Below are positions 37,787 to 47,497 of a stretch of 64,000 nt of DNA, one piece after another. Each line of letters begins with the position of its first letter. Position 1 is the first letter of the stretch. The notes beneath the pieces are model-generated. The model saw only the letters and a program-made list of their open reading frames with translations, did not search any database and was not told where the DNA came from. Where the stretch lies: NCBI GenBank assembly GCA_963824115.1, contig CAWGOA010000010.1:11398-75397 (forward strand), in the 5' to 3' direction. Made by a program: the position numbers and the translations under genes. The DNA is from an uncultured Actinomycetota bacterium (lineage in GTDB: Bacteria > Actinomycetota > Actinomycetes > Propionibacteriales > Nocardioidaceae).

Positions 37787-39034
37787 TTACGAATCCTTTG
37801 TCTCGGCGTTGCCGGTGATGAGCTCGTGCAGCCTTTGCGCCGCCTGCCGGCCGAAGCCTGGGTCGTTCACCGCCAGATCGAGCTCGCGGATCCCCACCTG
37901 CGTGCCGGCCAGTCCTTTACGCAGTGCGTCGAAGAGGCCAAGGTCTGCGTCCGGGTCGAAGAAGGGCCCGCCCTCTACGTCGATGCCGGAGAGCCCTCGC
38001 AGCGGCACGAGCACCTCGGATGGGCCCGTGGCGCGGGCCAGCTTCGCCGCGATCCGCTGCCCGAGGACCTCCATCTCTTCTGCACTGGTCCGCATCAGCG
38101 TGACGGTGGGGTTGTGCACCGATGATCTGCCGGTCGGCGAACTGGTCCGGCACGCTGTCTCGTGATCCGAAGTTCACCATGTCCAAGGCTCCGAGGCTCA
38201 CCACCTGCGGTACACCCTGCCTGCCGGCCGCCTCCAGGCGGTCCGGCCCTGCGGTGAGGACACCGCCGACGAGGTCGTCGGCGAGCTCGGTCGTGGTCAG
38301 GTCCAGGACCCCGTCGATGAAGCCGTCTGCGACGAGGCGCTCCATCGCCCGGCCGCCGGACCCGGTGGCATGGAACACGAGGACCTCGTAGCCGAGCTCA
38401 GTCGAGCTGCTCCCGCGCCTCGTCGACCGCGGGGGTGGTCAGCCCGAACATGGTGGCGGCGACGACCTTCCGCGCATCAGCAGGAGGCGGGTCGTGTCGG
38501 CTGCGCGCATAGGACGTGGCCATTCCGGCGACTGCGGCTGCGGCGTTTCCCAGGACTGCGCGCGAGATCGCGTTGATGCCGGCAACGTCGACCACGGAGT
38601 ACATCAAGGTGACGTCGGTTTCGCCCACGTACGGCGAGACATCCCCAGCGGCCATCGTCGACACCAGCAGCTTGGGAACTCCGACCTCGAGCGCCTGCAT
38701 CGCCGGCGCGGCCACCGACGAGCCGCCGGAGCCCCCGATGGCGAGCAGCGCGTCGAGCCGGCCCTCGCGGTGGAGCCGCGCGACGAGGACGGCGGCGCCA
38801 CGGCCCATGACCTCCATGGCCGCACCGCGGTCGCGGTCGTTCTGGAGAGCCTCCAGGCTTCCCCCGGCGGCCGCCGCGACGTCTCCCAGGTCCGATGTCG
38901 GCGATGCTCCCGTCCGAGAACGTGCCGACGTCCAGCAACGTCACCTGGCTGCCGGCCGCGACCAGCCGGTCGCGAACCCAGGACAGCTCCTCCGACTTGG
39001 TGTCGAACGTCCCCATCAGGACCACCGTTGCCAC
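37787..39034 (-). pseudogene. Tm-1-like / UPF0261 ATP-binding protein, three frame breaks
   Basis: VATVVLMGTFDTKSEELSWVRDRL... | VAAAAGGSLEALQNDRDRGAAMEVM...AIGGSGGSSVAAPAMQALEVGVPKLLVSTMAAGDVSPYVGETDVTLMYSVVD | ELGYEVLVFHATGSGGRAMERLV...GALDMVNFG | VHNPTVTLMRTSAEEMEVLG. Breaks at about 38888, 38399 and 38120. Confidence 0.75.
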
Positions 39035-39235
39035 CGACCGCCTCCTCCTCGTGCGTCGCCGCAACGATCGATGTACCAGGCAGCCGACCTGACGGCTAGC
39101 CGTACGCTACGCCGGTTGCGATCTCGTGCAGCGGTCGGCGTGGGCGAGGCGCGTACAGGCAGAATTGCCCGGCGCTGTCGTGCTCGAAGGCTGCGCAGGT
39201 AGGTGGATCCGGGTGGCTGATGTGACGTGGCGCCG

Positions 39236-40013
39236 TCAGGCGGTCCACGCACCTTGGCCGGAGTCTCGCAAGGTGACGTGTTCGATCTCGGGTCCGAGCG
39301 GTGACGCCTGCACGACGGTGACGCCGGATCGAGGCGCTCGTCGACGAGGTAGCGGGCAATAGAGCTCCTCGTCGGCAACCCGAGCGAGAGCGTCGTCGCC
39401 GCCGCCGGCGGTGTCGTGGTCAGCGGTGACCAGAAGGCGCGCCACCTCGTCCACCTCGTCATCGGACAGCGGTGGCCCATCTGGCGCGATGGCTCCCCAC
39501 GCGTCCCAAAGCAACAGCTCGTCGCCGTAGCGATGGGCGACTTGCCTGATGACGTACGCACGTACGAAGCTCGTGGCCGGACAACCCCATGCCTCGGCCC
39601 CGGGGAAGACACCGTGGTCAGGAACGGTCCAGGTTCGTCCGTTCGGACCCAGCCACGCTTTCGGCGGCGGTGCGGAACGGGACGAATGCGCCTGGCCGAG
39701 ATCCGGACGTCGACCTCGAGGTCGCCGGCGGCGAACTCTGGATGGTTCGGACCAGCGGGTCCCGTCGTGGTACTCGGTGATGACATGGTCGTACACCAGC
39801 CCTCCGACAGGTACCGCGCGAACCCGAGCGGTGGTCGCCGGCACGCCGCGTTCCCGCAGAGCAGCGGTCAGGAACAGGCTGTGATCGCGGGCACAGCCGG
39901 CGACGCGCTCGGTGAGCGGACGCCGGATCGAGCGGGTACGCCGAAGCGCTCCTGGTCACGTTGAGGATGCGGCTCGACCAGCGGCTTGACCTCCGGTAGA
40001 CGGTCCACGGTCA
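39236..40013 (-). pseudogene. transglutaminase-like domain gene, heavily frame-disrupted (4 or more breaks)
   Basis: Fragments in all three minus frames: RPLTERVAGCARDHSLFLTAALRERGVPA, YDHVITEYHDGTRW, PEFAAGDLEVDV, GVFPGAEAWGCPATSFVRAYVIRQVAHRYGDELLLWDAWG, SPLGPEIEHVTL. The order matches my memory of an actinobacterial transglutaminase-like family. Assignment is tentative. Confidence 0.4.
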
Positions 40014-40249
40014 TCTCAGGCAGCTCGGCACGATAGTCGGACCATACGTTACGGCTACTGCGCAGAGCGCCTCTATGTCATCGGGCATCACGTAACCGGT
40101 CGGCGTACTGACCCGGGTCGGAATATGCACTGTGGTCTGCGGGGTTGGGGAGCGTCGCCATCCGATCAGCATCTCAAATACCCTCTGCGGGCCACGCTGT
40201 GGCGACTGTTCGCCTGGCACAGCCGGCAAACCATGTCCCCGCGCGTGAC

Positions 40250-40661
40250 TCAAGCGAAGTTGCGGACAAAGCGACGCTGCCATGGCGTCTCCACGGCGTG
40301 ACGGGAGTAGTGCTCTCGGACGTAGGCGACGGCCTCGGTACCCGCTACCCCGTCGAGCACCGCCAGGCAGGCGAGGGCGGTGCCGGTGCGTCCCAAGCCG
40401 CCGGAACATGCGACCTCGACCCGCTCGTACTCCGCCCGGTCCAACCCTTCCTGGAACGCGGCGCGGGCCGGGTGTCGATCCGTGGGTAGCCAGAAGTCCG
40501 GCCAGCGCACCCACCGGCTTTCCCATTCGACGTCCCGTGCGGCGATGGCCAAGACAGACACTGAAATCGGGCAGCGGCTCCGGTCGTGTGCGCTTCAGGC
40601 TCGTCCCCGCACGCGTCGCCCAGAGGGCAGACGCATGACCCCCGCTACTCTGTCGTCCCAC
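40250..40661 (-). pseudogene. Cys-based protein phosphatase (CX5R, dual-specificity/PTP-like), frame break at about 40565
   Basis: VEVACSGGLGRTGTALACLAVL (CX5R P-loop) in ORF 40250-40561. The family-typical N-terminus ...RTRPEPLPDFSVCL is in the frame of ORF 40011-40661. Confidence 0.6.
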
Positions 40662-41117
40662 GGCTCAGCCACCAAACGACGATAGCGAGCGCCACTCTCA
40701 GCGCTTCCTGTCGTCCGATAATCGGCGCGAGCGCGCATAGCGGCGACGAGCGGGTAGTGGTCGTGGCGACTGGGCGCGTCGCCTGCCTACGCGTCGTCAC
40801 GTTCGTCCATTCGGCCAGCCGATCACGCCTTCAAACGTCAGGGGCGACCCGGGGTTGGTGAGAGCGCTGGCGACAGCGTCGACGACGGTCGCGGCGTCGT
40901 TCACCACCGGACGAACGCGCACACCAGCAGGATGTCACGCCGGTGAAGGAGACCAGACCTGTACGCGCAAGTGGAAGCGGTGGGGGTGGTAGGACCGCTC
41001 CCTTCCAGGCGGGAGTGCATTCGCGATGCTCAGATTTGGTTCTTGCGTACGGCGTTGTCGCCAGCGACGCTGCAAATACGAAGCCGTGGTGGTCGCACCA
41101 GGCCGTACCATCTGGTC

Positions 41118-41841
41118 ATGGTCCCCGACGTGCCGAACGTGCACGACCAGATCGCTCAGGGGCTCAGGGACCATCCGGCTAAGCAGGGCATGCGGTTCAA
41201 CATCCTCGTCACGCTTGTCGATCGGTGGGAGCATCGCGCTGTTTCACCTCGCCCACAGGATGGGTGCGAGCGAAGTTGTCAGCAATTTGGTCGGCAGCAT
41301 CGGGCCGGTCGTCGGTGGGCTGACCATCTGGGCAAAGGCGCGTAATTTCAGTGGGGCTTCGGCCGCGATCTTCGTCTTCACCGCTGTGTCTGCGATGATC
41401 GCTCTGATCGCTAGCACGAGCCCCAGGGTGTTGCTCTATAAGGACTGCGCGACAACGGCCCTGATCGGTCTGATCTTCCTGGGCTCGTGCGCCTTGGCCC
41501 GTAAGCCGCTCGTGTTCTACTTCGCGCAGCGATACGGCACCGATGGCACCCACGACGGGATGGCGGTCTTCGACTCGATGTGGGACCTCTACCGCGACTT
41601 CCGCGCCGGAATGTACGTCACGAGTTACCTCTGGGCGGCATTGTTCATCATCCAGGCCGCGGGAACCGCGCTGATCGTCCACAAGACCACCTACTCGATC
41701 GCCTACGACTTCAACCAGGTCCTGCCGTTGGTCGCGACCGCGCTCGGGATCGCCGGGTCGATCGTGATCGGCCGATACTTCACCAAGAGAGGCAAGGCCC
41801 GCGGCGCAGCCGCTGCCGCCGGACACGCCGACCCGAGTTGA
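41118..41841 (+). pseudogene. polytopic membrane protein (VC0807-like, tentative), frame break at about 41221
   Basis: MVPDVPNVHDQIAQGLRDHPAKQGMRFNILVTLV (ORF 40971 frame) continues as IGGSIALFHLAHRMGASEVVSNLVGSIGPVVGGLTIWAK... (ORF 41026-41841). Confidence 0.5.
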
Positions 41842-41953
41842 CGCCCGCGAAAACCCTCACGATGCCCGCGATGGCCTGGGGCTTCATCGGACGCCGGGCG
41901 TCAACCGCCCGGAGTTCTAGCCGCCGATCGGCTTCGAGACATAACCTGTCGGT

Positions 41954-42550
41954 GTGGAGGTTCGGTCGGTTGCTTTCGATGTGCACCTTCCCGCGGGTGT
42001 CGCGGGTCCGGACCCTATGGACTTCGATGTTCGATGTTTCCTCGTGCCCCACCCGACTGGGTTCTCGCTGGTCGACACGGGCTTGCCCGGCTCAGCCCCC
42101 GAGATCACCGCAGCGCTGGATCAGATGGGCGCTGCGTGGGCTGACGTCAGCGACATCGTGCTTACTCATGACCATCCCGATCACGTCGGCGGCCTGGCCG
42201 AGGTCATCGCGCTCGCGCCGCAAGCAACGATCTGGGGCAACGCTCCACTGACCGCGCACCCTCTCGGCGATGGCGCAACGATCCGCGACTTGCGCGTGAT
42301 CGCGACCCCGGGCCACACCGCCGGTCACATCAGCCTCCTCCACGGCGAAGGAACACTCCTGGCCGGCGATCTCATCGGTAGCCGCGACGGGCATCTCGAG
42401 CGCCCGCCCGCGCCGTTCACAGCCGACGCCGCGCAAGCCGAACAATCCATCCACAAGATCGCCGGATTCGATGCAACACGCTTTCTGTTCGCCCACGGCG
42501 CCGAGATAGAGCAGCCGGGTCAGGCTCTGCGTGCCCTCCTCGCCAGCTAA
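41954..42550 (+). CDS. MBL-fold metallo-hydrolase
   Basis: THDHPDHVGG (HxHxDH), TPGHTAGH, FAHG. Confidence 0.85.
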   Translation: MEVRSVAFDVHLPAGVAGPDPMDFDVRCFLVPHPTGFSLVDTGLPGSAPEITAALDQMGAAWADVSDIVLTHDHPDHVGGLAEVIALAPQATIWGNAPLTAHPLGDGATIRDLRVIATPGHTAGHISLLHGEGTLLAGDLIGSRDGHLERPPAPFTADAAQAEQSIHKIAGFDATRFLFAHGAEIEQPGQALRALLAS

Positions 42551-42736
42551 CGGGATCGCCACGGTCTAGCAATGTTCTGGCGACGTCGGCGCCGTTGCTG
42601 GCCGCTCAGTACATCGGGGTATCTCTGTCCGGTATGAGGAGGCGGGAGTGGTCCGGGTGCGCGGTGCTATCACCCAGGCCAAGAACTGTGCGAGCTTAAG
42701 CCTCGCTGACCGACCGCCCCGTGGGCGTCTGGTTCG

Positions 42737-42821
42737 TGTCCGAGGGGGGACTTGAACCCCCATGCCCTATACGGGCACTAGCACCTCAAGCTAGCGCGTC
42801 TACCTATTCCGCCACCCGGAC
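42737..42821 (-). tRNA. tRNA-Leu (anticodon GAG)
   Basis: Reverse complement GTCCGGGTGGCGGAATAGGTAGACGCGCTAGCTTGAGGTGCTAGTGCCCGTATAGGGCATGGGGGTTCAAGTCCCCCCTCGGACA. It has a 7-bp acceptor stem, anticodon stem CTAGC/GCTAG with loop TTGAGGT, a long variable arm and a GTTCAAGT T-loop. No encoded CCA. Confidence 0.92.
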
Positions 42822-42900
42822 GTGGGCGTCACCTCTGCCTTGGTGAGCGTCCGACACCTTAGCAAAGTCCACCCGATGCAGCGTAGTCACGTGCGGCAGG

Positions 42901-44247
42901 ATGGAGCGCATGACGAAGGCGTACGCACCCGACGCGGAGGTCACCGAGATCTGCCGCGACCTGATCAGGATCGACACATCGAACTACGGCGATGACTCGG
43001 GGCCGGGGGAGCGGGCGGCCGCCGAGCACGTGGCCGGGCTGCTGAGCGAGGTAGGCATCGAGTCGGAGCTGTTCGAGCCCGCCAGCCGGCGTACCTCTGT
43101 CGTCGCGCACTGGGGCGATCCCTCCGCCGCCGACCGGCTGCTGATCCACGGCCATCTCGACGTCGTCCCCGCGGCCAAGGCGGACTGGAAGATCGACCCC
43201 TTCTCCGCGGAGGTGCACGACGACTACGTCTGGGGCCGCGGAGCCGTGGACATGAAGGACTTCGACGCGGCGATCCTCTCCGTCGTCCGCGCCAGGACTC
43301 GGGCCGGCGCGCTGCCGAGACGAGCGGTCACGCTGGTCTTCACGGCCGACGAGGAGGCGGGCAGCATCCACGGCGCGCACGCGCTGGTCGACCAGAGGCC
43401 GGACCTGCTCGAGGGATGTACCGAGGGGATCGGTGAGGTCGGCGGGTTCTCCGCGACCGTCGGCGGCAGGCGGCTGTACCTCGTCGAGACCGCCGAGAAG
43501 GGTATGGCCTGGCTGCGGCTGAGGGCCCACGGCACGGCCGGGCACGGCTCGATGCGCAACACCGACAACGCCGTGACCGCCATCGCCGAGGCGGTGGCCG
43601 CGATCGGGCGTCACCAGTGGCCGATCAGGATCACTCCGACGATGGGTGCGCTGCTCGAACAAGTCGCTGCCCTGACCGGCCAGGAGGACGTCCACGCCGA
43701 CGTCGACGCGCTCATCGAGCACTTCGGCGCCGCAGCCCGGATGCTCGCCGCCGTGGTACGCAACACCGCCAACCCGACGATGCTGAGCTCGGGCTACAAG
43801 CACAACGTCGTACCCGGCGAGGCGACCGCATGCATCGACGGGCGGTTCCTCCCGGGCTACGAGGACGAGTTCTTCACTACCCTCCGGAGCCTGCTGCCCG
43901 ACAACGTCAGCTACGAGCTGCTGGTCCACGACAAAGCCCTCGAGACACCGTTCGACGGCCCCCTGGTCGACGCCATGTGCGCCTCCCTGCTCGAGGAGGA
44001 CCCCGAGGCGACGGTGCTGCCGTTCTTGATGTCGGGAGGTACCGACGCGAAGGCTTGGAGCCGGCTCGGCATCAGGTGCTTCGGGTTCTCCCCACTGCGG
44101 CTGCCTGCCGGACCTCGACTTCACTGCCTTTTCCACGGGGTTGACGAGCGGGTACCATCGACGGCCTCGAGTTCAGCGCCCGCGTGCTGGACTCGTTCCT
44201 CGACCGGGCCTGACCCCAGACAGAATCCGACTCGCGAGTGGCCATAG
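42901..44247 (+). CDS. M20/M25/M40 family metallopeptidase (DapE/ArgE-like); the 3' end carries three small indels
   Basis: LLIHGHLDVVP, GRGAVDMK, FTADEEAG, GTAGHGS. The expected C-terminus LRLPxDLDFTALFHGVDERVPIDGLEFSARVLDSFLDRA* is recoverable only by frame switches at about 44110, 44130 and 44155. The corrected stop is TGA 44211-44213. Confidence 0.85.
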   Translation: MERMTKAYAPDAEVTEICRDLIRIDTSNYGDDSGPGERAAAEHVAGLLSEVGIESELFEPASRRTSVVAHWGDPSAADRLLIHGHLDVVPAAKADWKIDPFSAEVHDDYVWGRGAVDMKDFDAAILSVVRARTRAGALPRRAVTLVFTADEEAGSIHGAHALVDQRPDLLEGCTEGIGEVGGFSATVGGRRLYLVETAEKGMAWLRLRAHGTAGHGSMRNTDNAVTAIAEAVAAIGRHQWPIRITPTMGALLEQVAALTGQEDVHADVDALIEHFGAAARMLAAVVRNTANPTMLSSGYKHNVVPGEATACIDGRFLPGYEDEFFTTLRSLLPDNVSYELLVHDKALETPFDGPLVDAMCASLLEEDPEATVLPFLMSGGTDAKAWSRLGIRCFGFSPLRLPAGPRLHCLFHGVDERVPSTASSSAPACWTRSSTGPDPRQNPTREWP

Positions 44248-44284
44248 CCACGTCGAGAGTCGGTCGTTCGGGTGGTGGCGGTGG
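44214..44284. repeat. palindromic intergenic repeat element, copy E
   Basis: CCCCAGACAGAATCCGACTCGCGAGTGGCCATAGCCACGTCGAGAGTCGGTCGTTCGGGTGGTGGCGGTGG. It is wedged between the corrected stops of the M20 and DUF5703 genes. Confidence 0.75.
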
Positions 44285-44285
44285 A

Positions 44286-44494
44286 TCAGACGAGAGGACG
44301 GAACTCCCGGGTGAGCGTCGGGCGCGGACCCGGATGATCGTCCGGCGCAGCTCGACTTTACGGGTGCCGTCGGGGTACAGGCGCAGCCTGGCGAGCTCCC
44401 AGCCGCCGTACTCGGCCCGGTCGGTCAGCATCCGCCGCACGGCTGAGCGCGTGAGGGTCCGCGGCAACGAGAAGCGTTGAAACTCGTATTCCAT
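44286..44494 (-). pseudogene. DUF5703-like small protein; as sequenced the frame reads through to 44072
   Basis: MEYEFQRFSLPRTLTRSAVRRMLTDRAEYGGWELARLRLYPDGTRKVELRRTIIRVRARR. The as-is ORF then translates the repeat element and overlaps the M20 gene. A -1/+2 frame gives ...TREFRPLV* with a stop at 44286-44288, directly abutting the repeat. Confidence 0.6.
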
Positions 44495-44584
44495 ACCGCC
44501 CCCATCGTGACACGTCAGACACAGCATCGACCACCCCAGACCCCGGTGTACCGGGTATGAGACGCGGCGGCATACGCTCACCTC

Positions 44585-46498
44585 ATGGCTCTCCCGATCG
44601 GTGACTACGCCGTGCTCGGTGACACCGGAACCGCGGCCCTCGTCGGGCTCGACGGCTCGGTCGACTGGCTCTGTCTGCCGCGCTTCGACTCACCGGCCTG
44701 TTTCGCCGCGCTGCTCGGCATCCCCGACAACGGCCGCTGGCTCATCGGGCCCCGCGGCCCTGCCACGACGACTCGCCGGTACGTCGGCAACACGTTCGTG
44801 CTCGAGACGACGCACGAGACGGCCGACGGCGTGGTCAAGGTGATCGACGTGATGCCGCTCGGCGACGGGAGGGCCGACCTCGTCCGCAGCATCGAGGGGG
44901 TCTCGGGCAGCGTCGAGATGCGCCACGAGTGGATCGTGCGGTTCGGGTACGGGAAGGTGCTTCCCTGGGTGATGCGGCGCACCGACCCGGATGGGGCGAA
45001 GCTGATCTCCGCGACAGCAGGCCCCGACATGCTCGTGCTGCGCGGCCCACGGCTCCCGAGGGCTGTCGGCGGCCGCCACGTCGACGAGTTCACGGTGAGC
45101 GCCGGCGAGGTACTGACGTTCTCCACGACCTGGTTCAAGTCACATCGACCCATACCCCCGATGCACGACGTCGATCGGGCGGGTCGAGCGGACCGCGGCG
45201 GTGACCGAGGCCTGGGCGGCGCGCTGCCAGTACGACGGCCCGTACCGCGCGGCTGTCGTCCGGTCGCTGCTGGTGCTGCGCCTGCTGACCCACGGCGAGA
45301 CAGGCGGGATCGTCGCGGCACCGACGACGTCGTTGCCTGAGTCGTTCGGAGGCGTGCGCAACTGGGACTACCGGTACTGCTGGCTCCGCGACGCCTCCCT
45401 CACCCTCGAGGCGCTGCTCTCAGCCGGTTATGAGGACGAGGCGTTGCTCTGGCGGGCCTGGCTGCTGCGGGCGATCGCCGGTGACCCGAAGGACATCCAG
45501 ATCATGTACGCCGTCGACGGCGGTCGCGAGCTGCCCGAGCGCGAGCTCGACCACTTGAGCGGGTACGCCGACTCCCGACCCGTCCGGATCGGCAACGGCG
45601 CGGTGGACCAGCGGCAGACCGACGTCTTGGGCGAGGTCATGGCCGCGCTCGAGCACGCCCGGGTCGAGGGATGCAGGGACACCGCCCACTCGTGGTCGCT
45701 GCAGCGCTCCCTCGTCAACGAGCTGGCCAAGCACTGGCAGGAGCCCGACAACGGGGTGTGGGAGATCCGTGGGCCGCGGCGCCGGTTCACCCACTCGCAG
45801 GTGATGGTGTGGGTGGCGTTCGACAGCGCCATCAGGGCCGTCGAGCGGCACGGTCTCGAGGGACCGGTCGACAATGGCGCCAGGTGCGCGACCAGGTCCG
45901 GGCCGAGATCTTGGCGCATGGGTACAACTCGGAGCGCAACACGTTCGTCCAGCATTTCGACACCACCGAGGTCGACGCCTCGCTGCTGCTGATCAGCGCC
46001 GTGGGGTTCCTGCCGGGCGACGACCCCCGGGTGCTCGGCACGATCGCGGCGGTCGAGGAGGACCTGCTCCGCGACGGCCTCGTGATGCGGTACCGGACGC
46101 ACACGGGGGTCGACGGGCTGCCAGGCGCCGAGCACCCGTTCCTGGCGTGCTCGTTCTGGCTCGTGTCGGCCTACGCGCTGGCCGGTGAGCACGACCGGGC
46201 GGACGAGCTGATGACCCGTCTCGTAGGGCTCAGCAACGACCTCGGCCTGCTCGCGGAGGAGTACGACCCGGTCAACGAGGTGATGGTCGGCAACTTCCCC
46301 CAGGCCTTCTCACACCTGGCCCTGGTTGGGGCGGCGATGGCGCTCGCGCACGGCAAGTCGCTTGGGCTCGAACGCCCGGCGACATGCCTCCGAGTAGCCA
46401 AGGTCCGTCGCCGAGCGTCAATCGGTGGCGGACACGCCGACAGAACAGGGCCGAGTCTGACGCTCTCGGCGCTGCGGGAAGGTCAGGCCTCCGGGTAG
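44585..46498 (+). pseudogene. glycoside hydrolase family 15 (glucoamylase/trehalase-type), two or more frame breaks
   Basis: IGDYAVLGDTGTAALVGLDGSVDWLCLPRFDSPACFAALLG | TEAWAARCQYDGPYRAAVVRSLLVLRLLTHGETGGIVAAPTTSLPESFGGVRNWDYRYCWLRDAS | WRQVRDQVRAEILAHGYN...FPQAFSHLALVGAA. Breaks at about 45178 and 45874. The true 3' end is possibly near 46396. Confidence 0.8.
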
Positions 46499-47452
46499 CC
46501 CAAGTCGGGCGCCGACACGTCGTCGAGCGCGTCGACGATCTCCGCGGGCAGCTCAACGGACTCCGACGCCAGCGAGGCGAGCAGCTGGGCGGTGGTCCGG
46601 GCCCCGACGATCGGCGCGGTGACCGCAGGCTGGTCACGTACCCAGGCCAGCGCCACCTGGACGGGCGACAGGTCAAGGCCCTCGGCCGCGCGACAGACGG
46701 CCTCGACGACCCTGGCCGCCGACGGTGTCAGGTACTCGGCCACGAACTCTCCGAAGGCGGCGGACGCGCCCCGCGAGTCGGCCGGCACAGCGGAGCGGTA
46801 CTTGCCGGTGAGTACCCCTCGACCGAGCGGCGACCAGGCCAGGATGCCCAGACCGAGGTCTTGGGCCGCCGGGACGACCTCTCGCTCGACTCCTCGCTGG
46901 AGCAGGGAGTACTCCACCTGGCTGGAGGCCAGCGGCACCCGGCCAGGGACGGCCCGCTGGTACGTCGCCGCCTGGGCGGTCTGCCAGCCGGCGAAGTTGC
47001 TCACGCCCACATAGCGCACCCGGCCTGACGCCACGGCGGCGTCGAGCGCGGAGAGGGTCTCCTCGACCGGAACCTCGTGCCGATGCCACGTGAACCTGCC
47101 AGAGGTCGACATAGTCCACACCGAGCCGTTCGAGCGACGCGTCCAGGGAGCGCAGCATCGCGCCGCGCGACGTGTCCTGGACCCACTCGCCGCGAGACAG
47201 CGCGATGCCCGCCTTCGTGGAGATCACCAGGTCCTCCCGGGTGAACGTCCCCCTGAGCAGGGCGCCGACGAGCGCCTCACTCGCACCGCGACCGAAGCTC
47301 GGGGCGGTGTCGACGAGCGTGCCGCCCGCGCCCACGAAGGCCCGCAGCTGCGCGCCGGCCTCGTGCTCGTCGACGTCCGTGCCCCACGTCCAGGTACCCA
47401 GCCCCAGCCGGCTCACGGTGAGACCCGTCGTCCCGACGTAGCGCTGCTTCAT
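46483..47452 (-). pseudogene. aldo/keto reductase, frame break at about 47089
   Basis: MKQRYVGTTGLTVSRLGLGTWTWG...LGVDYVDLWQVH | WHRHEVPVEETLSALDAAVASGRVRYVGVSNFAGWQ. Deleting one G restores QVHWHRHEVP. Confidence 0.8.
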
Positions 47453-47497
47453 GGACCGCACCCTAGACCGTGCCCTGAGGCTCAGTAGGGTCGAGCC

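Noticed and set aside
40662-41117. An ORF-free 450-nt stretch with a protein-like minus-strand fragment (VRVRPVVNDAATVVDAVASALTNPGSPLTFEGVIGWPNG).
   Set aside because: It may be another decayed gene, but I cannot assign a family or delimit it, so it is not reported as a feature.
42551-42900. A possible integrated-element attachment site next to tRNA-Leu.
   Set aside because: No integrase, excisionase or transposase gene lies within the flanking genes. I found no direct repeat of the tRNA 3' end elsewhere in the window.
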